A DNA stretch of 64,000 nt from an uncultured Candidatus Binatia bacterium. GTDB taxonomy: Bacteria > Desulfobacterota > Binatia > UBA9968 > CAXXLF01. The stretch lies in assembly GCA_965218425.1 (NCBI GenBank), contig OZ244621.1, positions 1,792,001-1,856,000 of the forward strand. Reading direction: 5' to 3'. Under the pieces are notes generated by a model, which worked only from the letters and a program-made list of their open reading frames with translations, did no database searches and was not told the origin of the DNA. Position numbers and translations under genes: made by a program. Shown piece by piece: positions 40,174-50,286 of the stretch. The stretch's first letter is position 1. Each line of letters starts with the position of its first letter.

Positions 40174-40227
40174 TTGACATACTATTTGTGGTGTAACTAT
40201 AATTAAAGTGTCTACAAAATGTGGGAG
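40174..40227 (+). promoter_or_regulatory. Consensus sigma70 promoter overlapped by tandem NrdR-like boxes
   Basis: TTGACA (40174)-18 nt-TATAAT (40198); ATACTATTTGTGGTGT (40179) and CTACAAAATGTGGGAG (40212), 33 bp apart. Confidence 0.7.
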
Positions 40228-40320
40228 GGGTTTTAAACTAGGTTCTCTTCGCCTGAGCATTTAACTTTCCCTCGTTCTTTCGTAGATGCCCACTGGAGGC
40301 AATCTAGAAAGGAGGTGCCT

Positions 40321-40374
40321 ATGGCAGCGAAGAAGAAGGCAAAAGCGAAGAAGAAGGCAAAAAAGAAAAGATAA
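40321..40374 (+). CDS. 17-aa Lys/Ala-rich micropeptide MAAKKKAKAKKKAKKKR
   Basis: SD AAGGAGGT just before the ATG, its own promoter upstream and a terminator-like hairpin downstream. Confidence 0.75.
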   Translation: MAAKKKAKAKKKAKKKR

Positions 40375-40462
40375 TATTGTCTGTGATTGGATGTGGCGTG
40401 GTGGCGTTGGTTTGAACCCTCCATGATCTCAGGCGATAGGGCGGCTGTTCTGGCTACCCAAA

Positions 40463-40510
40463 GGTCAAGGCCCTTCAGTCATTCACGGCGGAAGGGCCTT
40501 GACCATTTCT
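40463..40510 (+). terminator. 14-bp perfect hairpin, probable terminator of the micropeptide transcript
   Basis: GGTCAAGGCCCTTC / GAAGGGCCTTGACC followed by ATTTCT. Confidence 0.65.
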
Positions 40511-40622
40511 ACCTTCCATTATTATCTCTTGCCGCGAACTTCCCTCGATCATCTCAATTCAATATTGTAGCAGAAATGAGGCGTGTCGTATTTTTCCTGT
40601 TGATGGCTATGGGTCAGGATCC

Positions 40623-41456
40623 ATGAGAAAGCAAATCGGAGAAGTCGTGGTGGATATCTCACCGCCGGAGAAACAAAAATTTAGGTCTCCTGTGATCCTC
40701 GTCCACGGCCTGTGGACCGGAAGTTGGTGTTGGTCCGGCTGGGCCACGCGCTTTTCCAACCTTGGTTGGGAGTGCTGGTCGGTGAACATGAGGGGTCGGG
40801 TTGAAGAGAGCCGTGGAAGGACCGTTTCTCAATTGACCTTTGAGCGGTGCGTAGAGGATCTCAGGGACGTTATTCGTGCTGCCGGACCCAAGGCCGTTTT
40901 AGTGGGCCACAGCTTGGGCGGGATCATGGCCATGGAGGCAGCAGATGATAACAACATCTCGGCACTTATCCTGGTTTCGCCCCCGCTACCAGGCAACGAG
41001 CCCAAGTCCATGGGGCGAAGCCTTCAACTGCTGCGTTTGAAATACTTTTTGCCGGTTGTTCTGCGTTTGCCTATTTGTATCAAGGAGGATGACTTTTCCC
41101 GTCATTGGCTGGGATCTCTGCCGAGGGCTTGCCATGGCGACGTCCTGAGGAGGTTGGTACCGGAGTCCAGTTATTTGGTGCAAAGGCTCTTCAAGCCCCA
41201 GGTCTCCCCGGAGTCGGCGCTAGTAGTTAGGTGTCCAGTTTTGGTAATGGCGGGTATGGATGATCGGGTGGTCCCGGTGGAGGCAGTGCGGCAGAGGGCG
41301 CGACTCTTGGGCGCTGAGTTTAAGGAATATCCCGATCGTGGTCATTGGATGGTGGAGGAAGAGGGTTGGGAGGAGGTGGTGAATGACATTCATCGCTGGA
41401 TTGTTCAGGGGCTCGGGGAAGAGATTCTCCTCGCCGAGTTTCCCGGAAGATCCTAG
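40623..41456 (+). CDS. Alpha/beta hydrolase
   Basis: LVHG, GHSLGG, DRVVP and GHW motifs. Confidence 0.88.
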   Translation: MRKQIGEVVVDISPPEKQKFRSPVILVHGLWTGSWCWSGWATRFSNLGWECWSVNMRGRVEESRGRTVSQLTFERCVEDLRDVIRAAGPKAVLVGHSLGGIMAMEAADDNNISALILVSPPLPGNEPKSMGRSLQLLRLKYFLPVVLRLPICIKEDDFSRHWLGSLPRACHGDVLRRLVPESSYLVQRLFKPQVSPESALVVRCPVLVMAGMDDRVVPVEAVRQRARLLGAEFKEYPDRGHWMVEEEGWEEVVNDIHRWIVQGLGEEILLAEFPGRS

Positions 41457-41518
41457 CTCCACGGCACAAGCTGGGACGGGAACTTTACCCCGGGGATGAA
41501 CGTTTCTAAACTAATAAC

Positions 41519-41738
41519 GAGTTCATCAGGATCTAGATAAGTGACGCATCCAGCCACCCTCGGGCCGAGCCCTTCCGAGCGCGGTCAATGGGCCTCTACC
41601 TTGTAGGCCACCACCCCGTCCGCTCCAAGGCCGGCGAAATGCGCCGCCCTGGCCTGAACGTAACCGCTACGTTGCTGTGCCCGCGCTCTTCAGGACTCAC
41701 CCCTCGGTTGCCTTATGGTGGCGCTAATTCGTGAACTC
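41519..41738. repeat. Structured intergenic element, family member 3
   Basis: Nested GAGTTCA/TGAACTC, GCCACC/GGTGGC, GAGCGCGG/CCGCGCTC, AACGTA/TACGTT; GGCCTCTACCT hairpin shared with the 20.7-kb element. Confidence 0.55.
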
Positions 41739-41821
41739 CTTGATATGACCGGGTAAGTTGCCCGTGCCTGTTGATCTGTTAGAGTGAGCTGAGTCTACTA
41801 GGGAGTAGTAGCGAAAACCCC

Positions 41822-42559
41822 ATGAACGAAGTGAGTGTGTTGATCGTATTTACCGCCGGGCTTTTTTCGTTTCTCTCGCCCTGTGTGCTGCCGCTTATCC
41901 CATCGTACCTATCCTTCCTATCCGGGGTGTCCTTGGAAGAGATGCGAAGCGGCACCATGCCGGGTGATATTCGCCGGCAGGTGGTTTTAAATTCCCTCTT
42001 CTTTATTTTGGGATTTTCCGTCGTCTTCATTTCCTTGGGTGCTTCCGCCAGCTATCTGGGCGGCCTCTTCGTGGGTTACCGTACTTTCATTCGGACCCTG
42101 GGAGGAATACTGATCACTCTGGTGGGCCTCTATCTCATCGGGGCTTTCAAGGCGCCTTTCTTGGAACGCTACCTACAGTTTAACCTGAAGGGTAAGCCCA
42201 CGGGCTATTTTGGTTCCGTACTGGTGGGAATCACTTTTGCTTTGGCTTGGACGCCTTGTGTGGGGCCCATATTGGGTGCGGTGTTGACCCTGGCGGGCAC
42301 GTCGGCAGAGGTGGACAGGGGAATGTTGCTTCTCGCTACCTACGCGGCGGGTCTGGGGTTGCCTTTTTTCTTGAGCGCTCTGGCGATGAACTCCTTCTTC
42401 CAATTTTCACAGGTCTTTCGGCGATACCTCCGCGCAGTTCACGTGACGGCAGGGGTTCTCCTGTTGATCGTAGGCGTATTGATCCTTACCGATTATTTGA
42501 CGATTTTGAACGCCTATGCCATCAGCCTGACGCCTGAGTGGCTTTTCAATCGACTCTAG
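41822..42559 (+). CDS. ccdA: Cytochrome c biogenesis disulfide transporter CcdA
   Basis: SFLSPCVLPLIPSY and WTPCVGPILG motifs. Confidence 0.92.
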   Translation: MNEVSVLIVFTAGLFSFLSPCVLPLIPSYLSFLSGVSLEEMRSGTMPGDIRRQVVLNSLFFILGFSVVFISLGASASYLGGLFVGYRTFIRTLGGILITLVGLYLIGAFKAPFLERYLQFNLKGKPTGYFGSVLVGITFALAWTPCVGPILGAVLTLAGTSAEVDRGMLLLATYAAGLGLPFFLSALAMNSFFQFSQVFRRYLRAVHVTAGVLLLIVGVLILTDYLTILNAYAISLTPEWLFNRL

Positions 42560-42710
42560 CAGGGCGCTGAAAAAGACTCATAGGCTTCGTTGCGCTCATT
42601 CTCCTCGCTCTAACGTGGCACCGAAGTACGCTTCCGCTCGTCGAAATTTCGTGCGCCTCGCCTTCGAGATCTTTTGGACCGGCCCGGAAACAGCTTTTTT
42701 CAACGATCAG
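42560..42710. repeat. MITE/REP-like element between convergent ccdA and eno
   Basis: Terminal inverted repeats CGCTGAAAAAG / TTTTTCAACG; internal ACGT..GTACG hairpin. Confidence 0.5.
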
Positions 42711-42719
42711 GTATAAAAG

Positions 42720-44069
<1,350 letters not shown>

Positions 44070-44085
44070 TCACTTATCTCCAACT

Positions 44086-44460
44086 ATGCCTCCTCGAAAG
44101 AAAAATCGCCCCTGGCTGAGCCTTGCCCTCCTTGCGCTCTTGTTGGGGTTCGCTCTTTTTACCGTCTTTGGCGAACGGGGCTTGCTTCACCTGTGGCGTC
44201 TGTCGGAAGAGAATAAAAGATTGGACGAAAAAAACTTTCGTGTCCATCGTGAGAACGAGATCCTCGGTGACAAAATTAACCGTCTGCGCCATGACAATCG
44301 GTACCTGGAAAAGGTCGCCCGGGAAGAGCTGGGCTTAGTCCGGCCAGGAGAAATCGTTTACCAATTTGCCTCCTCGGGGTCAAAAGAAAAGAGCACTGAG
44401 CCCCTCAAGGAGTCCCTTCCTGAGCCTCCCCCGTCATGGGTACAAAGATTACGCCCGTGA
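44086..44460 (+). CDS. ftsB: Septum formation initiator FtsB/DivIC
   Basis: TM helix, FGERG, coiled coil and LEKVAREELGLVRPGE. Confidence 0.88.
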   Translation: MPPRKKNRPWLSLALLALLLGFALFTVFGERGLLHLWRLSEENKRLDEKNFRVHRENEILGDKINRLRHDNRYLEKVAREELGLVRPGEIVYQFASSGSKEKSTEPLKESLPEPPPSWVQRLRP

Positions 44461-45133
44461 TGGTTTCCACGTGAGGTTCGCCGTCTATCTTAGTCACGCG
44501 GATCAACTTCTGTGGCTTTGGGCTCTCCCCCAGAGGCATCACCAAGCGTCCCCCTTCCCGGAGCTGACTCCATAGGGGTCGTGGAATTTCTTTTGTAGCG
44601 GCAGTGACCACAATCCCGTCAAAGGGTCCTTTCTCCTCCCAACCAAAAAATCCATCGCTTGATTTGACCCGTACATTGCTGTAGCCGAGTCGTCGGAGTC
44701 TCTCTTGGGCGCTTTCGGCCAGGGAAGGAATAATCTCGATCGTGTATACTTCCTTCACCAGAAGGCTCAATACCGCTGCTTGATAGCCCGAGCCGGTCCC
44801 CACCTCCAAGACCTTTTCGTTGCCTTTGAGCTTCAAAAGTTCGGTCATCAGTGCCACCACGTAGGGTTGAGATATGGTTTGACCTTTTCCGATGGGCACC
44901 GGGCGGTCCTGGTATGCTTGGAATCGATGTCTGCTAGGTACAAAGAGGTGACGTGGTACGAGAGACATGGCGCGGAAGACTCGGGGATCACTGATACCTC
45001 GCCGAACCAGGTCTATTTCCACCATCCGTTTTCGCGACTCGGCGTAAACATCTTGAACCTTCTTCTGTACGTGGACAGGAAGTTGAGTGAGCAGAAGGAG
45101 AGGCAAAATGGTCAAGCTACCCAGCATCATCAT
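44405..45133 (-). CDS. pcm: Protein-L-isoaspartate O-methyltransferase
   Basis: VPRH.F, GQTISQP, VLEVGTGSGYQAA and FVPM motifs; N-terminal signal-like segment. Confidence 0.92.
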   Translation of the reverse strand: MMMLGSLTILPLLLLTQLPVHVQKKVQDVYAESRKRMVEIDLVRRGISDPRVFRAMSLVPRHLFVPSRHRFQAYQDRPVPIGKGQTISQPYVVALMTELLKLKGNEKVLEVGTGSGYQAAVLSLLVKEVYTIEIIPSLAESAQERLRRLGYSNVRVKSSDGFFGWEEKGPFDGIVVTAATKEIPRPLWSQLREGGRLVMPLGESPKPQKLIRVTKIDGEPHVETITGVIFVPMTGEAQEGTP

Positions 45134-45302
45134 GTTTCCAAAGGGGCAACCGCTGCGGAATATTAAGCAACAACCATTAAGGATTGCCACTGAGCTGTCA
45201 AGGAACGCCAACCTATGTCATTTCCATGAGGGGATTGAGATTATGGGCGGGAAAGAGTATTTTAAAAGATCCGAGATAGTGGTCCTCCCGCATTTGACGT
45301 GA

Positions 45303-45377
<75 letters not shown>

Positions 45378-45584
45378 AAATCTTACCCTTTTAATTCTGC
45401 CGGTCGATAGTTACATCGTTCCAAGGTTGGGTTGATTTCAGTGTTAGCCAATTCAGGTTGACCTTGACTTGCCCACTTCAGAATTGAGTCACGCCTTTTT
45501 TCGATCGCCAATGTTGACAGAACCGTGCCCCTGGGTTATTGGGGGATTGGCCCACCTCGCAAAGTGAATCCAGGAGATCGAGTC

Positions 45585-46667
45585 ATGCACGTCATAGACG
45601 CTGACGCCCACGTTGAAGAATCCGTCGCCACCTGGCAGTATCTCGATCCACGGTTTTACCCCAGGAGACCCATCCCGGTTACATTGCCGCGGGACACGAG
45701 CTGGGGACAGTGGAACGCGGTGTGGCTCATAGACAAGAAAGTGCGCCAATCGGCGGCCAATCCAACGACCATGGAGTTGGCTCAGGGCAAGGGAATCTCC
45801 GTCCCGTCTCAGGAACTCACAAGCGTACCAGCACGGCTCAGGGATCTGGACCTATTCGGAATAGACAAGCAGGTTGTTTATCCGTCCGCCTGGCTTGGAT
45901 GTCTGGCCAAGGACGTTGAGTTAGAAGCGGCCCTTGCTAAAAGCTACAACAAATTTATGTCCAACCAGTGTACTCATTCCGGCGGAAGGCTCATGTACGC
46001 GGCGCTGCTTCCCTTTCGGCAACCACAAACGGCCGTCGAGGAGATTCGTAATGTAAGGAAAATGGGAGGGGCCGTAAGCATCTTTGTCAGGGGGATGGAG
46101 TGGGACATGCCGGTGAATCACCCTTCTTTCTTACCCATCTATGAAGAAGCGGAGCGGCAGAATCTGGCCATAGCCGTGCACATCGGATTTGGTAGCCCCA
46201 CCATCAGTCGGATGTTTGAAGGTCTCGCCAGCTTACCCGATGAAAGGCCTTTCATACCCCCTCGGGGCCGGCTACTCGTTAGTGGGCTGCTAATCCAGTA
46301 CGCTTTCAACGCAATTATCAGCGCGGGTCTAATGGAAGGGTTCCCTAAACTCCGCTGGGTATTTCTTGAGGCAGGTTCCGAGTGGTTGGTGCCAGCGGTC
46401 AGAGCCGTGGCACGTTCGGGTAAACGAGAGATCCGCAAGCACTTCGAGGAAGGGCGCTTGTTTGCATCCTGCGAGCCCGATGAGAACTTGCCTTATTTGA
46501 CCAACGAGTTTGGTGCCGATTGGCTCGTGGTGGCGAGCGACCTGCCACACGCTGATGATTTTCACCACGACCGCCCAGAAGAAGTGTTTCGTCAACGGGG
46601 AGACCTCTCGGAAAGCCTGCTTCAGAAAATCCTCTGCGACAATGCCGTGAGGCTGTACGGCATTTGA
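45585..46667 (+). CDS. Amidohydrolase_2-family protein
   Basis: IDADAH, VVYPS, VHIG, FLEAG..W and SDLPH motifs. Confidence 0.88.
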   Translation: MHVIDADAHVEESVATWQYLDPRFYPRRPIPVTLPRDTSWGQWNAVWLIDKKVRQSAANPTTMELAQGKGISVPSQELTSVPARLRDLDLFGIDKQVVYPSAWLGCLAKDVELEAALAKSYNKFMSNQCTHSGGRLMYAALLPFRQPQTAVEEIRNVRKMGGAVSIFVRGMEWDMPVNHPSFLPIYEEAERQNLAIAVHIGFGSPTISRMFEGLASLPDERPFIPPRGRLLVSGLLIQYAFNAIISAGLMEGFPKLRWVFLEAGSEWLVPAVRAVARSGKREIRKHFEEGRLFASCEPDENLPYLTNEFGADWLVVASDLPHADDFHHDRPEEVFRQRGDLSESLLQKILCDNAVRLYGI

Positions 46668-46715
46668 ATGACGGTTGTTTTGCCATGAAATAAAGTAAGG
46701 AAGGAGCGCAGCGCG

Positions 46716-47471
46716 ATGGCTGGTCGATTGACTGATAAGGTGGCTATCATCACGGGAGCTGCAAGCGGTCAGGGACGGGTGGCGGCAGAACTCTTCGCAC
46801 GGGAAGGGGCTCTATTAGTCTTGGCCGATATGGACAGGGAAGGGTTGGAAGGGATCGCCGCTCATGTGCGCAAAACGGGTGGGGATCCGCAGTTATTCGT
46901 GGGGAACCTCACGGAGGAAGAGGCCAATCGGGCCATGGTGGCGGGGGCCGTGAACCGCCATGGGCGGGTTGACGTCCTCTATAATGCGGCAGGTCTCGTG
47001 CGCATGGGCCCACTCCATGAGACCACCCTGGAAAACTGGCACTTTACTCTTGAGCACGAACTGACCATTAGCTTTCTCGGGTGCAAGTACGCCGTGGGTG
47101 CAATGCTGGAGCACGGTTCCGGCAGTATCGTCAACATTTCGTCCGGTTCTGGAGGAGTTCGAGGGGTTCCCAACCACGCGTCTCACGCGGCCACAAAGGC
47201 AGGCATTGTCGGATTGACCCGCCAGATTGCCGTCGGATACGGACCACTGGGAATCCGCTGCAACGCCATAGCTCCCGGTTTTTTGGTGTATGAGCCCGGG
47301 CAACGCCGCATAGCCTCGCAAACACGTGAGCGCTCGCCGGAAGGGATTCCCCTGAGACGGTTCACCCGTCCGGAGGACACCGCTTATTGTGCGCTGTACC
47401 TGGCATCCGACGAGGCAAGCTACGTTACAGGACAGATGATTGTCGTGGACGGTGGGAATTCGGTAGGTTGA
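46716..47471 (+). CDS. SDR-family oxidoreductase
   Basis: TGAASGQG, NAAG and NAIAPG motifs; catalytic YxxxK reads HAATK. Confidence 0.9.
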   Translation: MAGRLTDKVAIITGAASGQGRVAAELFAREGALLVLADMDREGLEGIAAHVRKTGGDPQLFVGNLTEEEANRAMVAGAVNRHGRVDVLYNAAGLVRMGPLHETTLENWHFTLEHELTISFLGCKYAVGAMLEHGSGSIVNISSGSGGVRGVPNHASHAATKAGIVGLTRQIAVGYGPLGIRCNAIAPGFLVYEPGQRRIASQTRERSPEGIPLRRFTRPEDTAYCALYLASDEASYVTGQMIVVDGGNSVG

Positions 47472-47505
47472 GTTTCCACGCACCGCAGAACAAGGATAAC
47501 AGCGG

Positions 47506-48366
47506 CTAGCGGATAATCAGGACCGGGTCTCCCGAGTGGCGTACCACGCGTTCCGTGACATTGCCCAAGACCCATCGCCCAATTCCTGACCAGCCATGGG
47601 TGCTGATGGCGATGAGGTTATTGGGTGTTTTGCGTGCCAGGTCAATGATCTCACCTGCCGCCTCTCCATCAAGCAGTAGGGATGAAACTTTCAGCCCTTT
47701 TGCCTGTATCTCTTTGACCTTCGTCTCCAGGTAGGTTTCAGCCTCTTTAACAATCTCTTTCGCGATCTTTTTAAACTCAGGGTTGCCTTCTTGGTCCACA
47801 GTGGCGGCCCTGGGCGCAGCCGGGGCGCGCGCCACCACCACTTCCATTTTCATTCTTGCGGCTAGCTCTAGTACGTGGGGCAGTGCTTTTTCAGCAAGAG
47901 GAGAGCCGTCCAGGGGCACGAGGACTTTGCTTAAGGGTTCCTCGCCGCTGGTTTTGCCGTCCGTTTCCCCGCGCAAGAGTAGAAGCGGGCTGGTTGTTGC
48001 GTGCAGGACTTTATCAGCCACACTACCCATCATCCAGCGTTGGATTCCTGACCGGCCACGGGTGGACATGGCAATGAAGGTATCCGGTTGCAAGGAGGCT
48101 TTGTCCACGATAACGTCCGCTGGGTTACCGATCTCGACGGAGGATAGGACTGATTTAGGTTCTCGGAATGAGGTGGCCACACGATTCAAATAATCCGCGT
48201 TGGCCTTGTGTGGATCCGTCTGCCCTTTGGCCGAAAGGGTACTGGGCTCTATGGTTGCCAACAACTCAACAGGAACCATGAGAGCGCCGGCAATGGTGCG
48301 GGCGTAAGGTAAAATAGTTTCGGATAACTGCGATCCGTCCAGTGGTACTAGTATTTTTGAGTACAT
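47506..48366 (-). CDS. Tandem universal stress protein
   Basis: Two (I/V)LVPLDGS...G.SG..RW..GSV/GNV domains. Confidence 0.92.
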   Translation of the reverse strand: MYSKILVPLDGSQLSETILPYARTIAGALMVPVELLATIEPSTLSAKGQTDPHKANADYLNRVATSFREPKSVLSSVEIGNPADVIVDKASLQPDTFIAMSTRGRSGIQRWMMGSVADKVLHATTSPLLLLRGETDGKTSGEEPLSKVLVPLDGSPLAEKALPHVLELAARMKMEVVVARAPAAPRAATVDQEGNPEFKKIAKEIVKEAETYLETKVKEIQAKGLKVSSLLLDGEAAGEIIDLARKTPNNLIAISTHGWSGIGRWVLGNVTERVVRHSGDPVLIIR

Positions 48367-48537
48367 TGCGCTCGCAAAAAAATGACCGTCCGTGGGTAGC
48401 ATAGCATATGGAATTCAGAGGTCAAAGAGGCGTTCGTTATACCCATAAAACGCAGTGAGGCTTCGACTTCATGACTGCTAACTAACACTGGACGCGAGCG
48501 AACCAAATGGAGTAGAAAGAAGGGGAGGGCTGGGTTG

Positions 48538-48735
48538 ATGCCTCTGATGGTTAAATGCCCCCAGTGTAAGGCGGAAGTATCTTGGGACAATAATCCCCAT
48601 CGTCCGTTTTGTTCTGAGCGGTGTCAGCTGATGGATCTCGGAGCGTGGGCAGAGGAGAGGTACCGGATTGCGGGCCGTATTCTGGAGGACGAGTCAGAAC
48701 CGGAGGACGATGATTCCGATGAAAATCTTAACTAG
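48538..48735 (+). CDS. yacG: DNA gyrase inhibitor YacG
   Basis: CPQC...RPFCSERC...DLG.WA.E.YRI motif. Confidence 0.92.
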   Translation: MPLMVKCPQCKAEVSWDNNPHRPFCSERCQLMDLGAWAEERYRIAGRILEDESEPEDDDSDENLN

Positions 48736-48749
48736 CCAGTTCTAACCTG

Positions 48750-49523
48750 ATGAGTATTCACTCAACTGCCGTTATTGATTCCCGGGCGGAGATCCACCCG
48801 GAAGCGGACATCGGTCCTTATGTTGTGGTGGAGGGACCGGTTCAGATCGGGCGTGGGACTCGTGTTATGGCACACGCAACTCTGTTGGGGCATACGGAAA
48901 TTGGAGAGCAGAACGAAATACATCCGGGCGCCGTTTTGGGCGATACCCCACAGGATGCGGCTTATAACGGCGAACTCAGCTACCTCAAGATCGGAAACAA
49001 CAACATCATCAGGGAGTCTGTCCAGATACACCGAGGGACAAAACCAGAATCGTCCACGGTTATTGGAGACCAGAATTTTTTGATGGCTTGCTCTCATGTA
49101 GGACATAACTGCAGATTGGGCAACCGGATCGTGATGGCTAATGGCGCTGCGTTGGGCGGTTATGTGGAGGTGGCCGACCAGGTCTTTCTCTCCGCTCAAT
49201 GTCTCGTGCACCAGTTTGTTCGTGTTGGGACCCTTTCCCTGATGCGCGGCCTGAGTGGAACAAGCCGGGATGTTCCACCCTTTTCGATTCTCGACTGGCA
49301 GCATACGGTGCGTGGGGTGAACGTGGTAGGGTTGAAGCGGGCGGGATTTGGTGAAAAGAGGATTCGCGAGATCAGGGAAGCCTTTCGTATCCTATTTCGA
49401 AAGGGAAGAAATCTTTCCCTTGCGGTCAAGGAAGTCGAAGAAAAGTCAAAACCCTCCGCAGACGTGGTAGCCCTTTTGGAATTTATAAAGTCTTCCGAGC
49501 GAGGGATCTGTATTGGCGGTTAG
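48750..49523 (+). CDS. lpxA: Acyl-ACP--UDP-GlcNAc O-acyltransferase
   Basis: Hexapeptide repeats, PQD, IRE..IHRGT, HVGHNC, HQF and DVPPF motifs. Confidence 0.88.
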   Translation: MSIHSTAVIDSRAEIHPEADIGPYVVVEGPVQIGRGTRVMAHATLLGHTEIGEQNEIHPGAVLGDTPQDAAYNGELSYLKIGNNNIIRESVQIHRGTKPESSTVIGDQNFLMACSHVGHNCRLGNRIVMANGAALGGYVEVADQVFLSAQCLVHQFVRVGTLSLMRGLSGTSRDVPPFSILDWQHTVRGVNVVGLKRAGFGEKRIREIREAFRILFRKGRNLSLAVKEVEEKSKPSADVVALLEFIKSSERGICIGG

Positions 49524-49710
49524 CCCCGATCCGACATTAATGGGCTCGAGAAATCAGCCCTGATGAGCATTGGAGCGTGGCGAAGAGCCGTTTGTATCAT
49601 GAATCGGCAAATCACCATGAGTGTAGTTACGAACTTAGGAGCGAGGTGTGCAATGCCTGTAACACGACCCCAGCATCGCGTATGCCTTGAATATTTTCTT
49701 CGGATCGGGG

Positions 49711-50181
49711 TTAGTTTTCGGGCGGTGATCGTGGTTCAGGGGGTTGGCTCTGTTGCTGCTGACCACCGGGTTGCACAGGAGATGCCATAAAGATAACAGG
49801 TTTTTGACCCTTTAGCTGTGTCGGAGTGATGATGTAGCTGCCGCGCACGGCGGGGTAAATAATTGCAATTGCCACATCACGCCTGCCACCGCTTAACACA
49901 TAGCCCAACCCGCCCGTAAGGAGGCCTAGTCCGGCATAGGTAATTTTGAGGGGACTGTAGACTGTGTTGGCAAAGACTGAACCGACACCATAGCCGATAT
50001 TCTGAGCCTTTTCCTGAGATATTTCGTTGGCCTCACCCTCGGGAACGGGCGCGGGTTCCTCCTCAGGACTGGCGGCGGGTTCTTCTTGAACGGATTGTTG
50101 GCCGACGGCAGGGTTGGGGAGATACAATGCCAGGGAAAAGAGAAGAGCGAAGATCCAAAATCTCCAGTACTCTCTTATCAT
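49711..50181 (-). CDS. Hypothetical exported/membrane protein
   Basis: Signal peptide, acidic Pro-rich linker and Gly-rich hydrophobic core. Confidence 0.65.
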   Translation of the reverse strand: MIREYWRFWIFALLFSLALYLPNPAVGQQSVQEEPAASPEEEPAPVPEGEANEISQEKAQNIGYGVGSVFANTVYSPLKITYAGLGLLTGGLGYVLSGGRRDVAIAIIYPAVRGSYIITPTQLKGQKPVIFMASPVQPGGQQQQSQPPEPRSPPEN

Positions 50182-50286
50182 AGGGCGTAATATATCAGAA
50201 TTTACTTTAGCGGTCAAAAGTAATCGGCCGGTCCTTTTTGGGGAAACAACGGGCTAAAAGGGTATAATCGAAGCGTATAATTCGAG

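Noticed and set aside
40233..40424. Phe-rich 63-aa minus-strand ORF
   Set aside because: Antisense of the Lys-rich micropeptide; promoter, SD and terminator all favour the plus strand.
44462..44478. parS-like sequence GTTTCCACGTGAGG
   Set aside because: Only half of the 16-bp palindrome matches, and it lies inside pcm.
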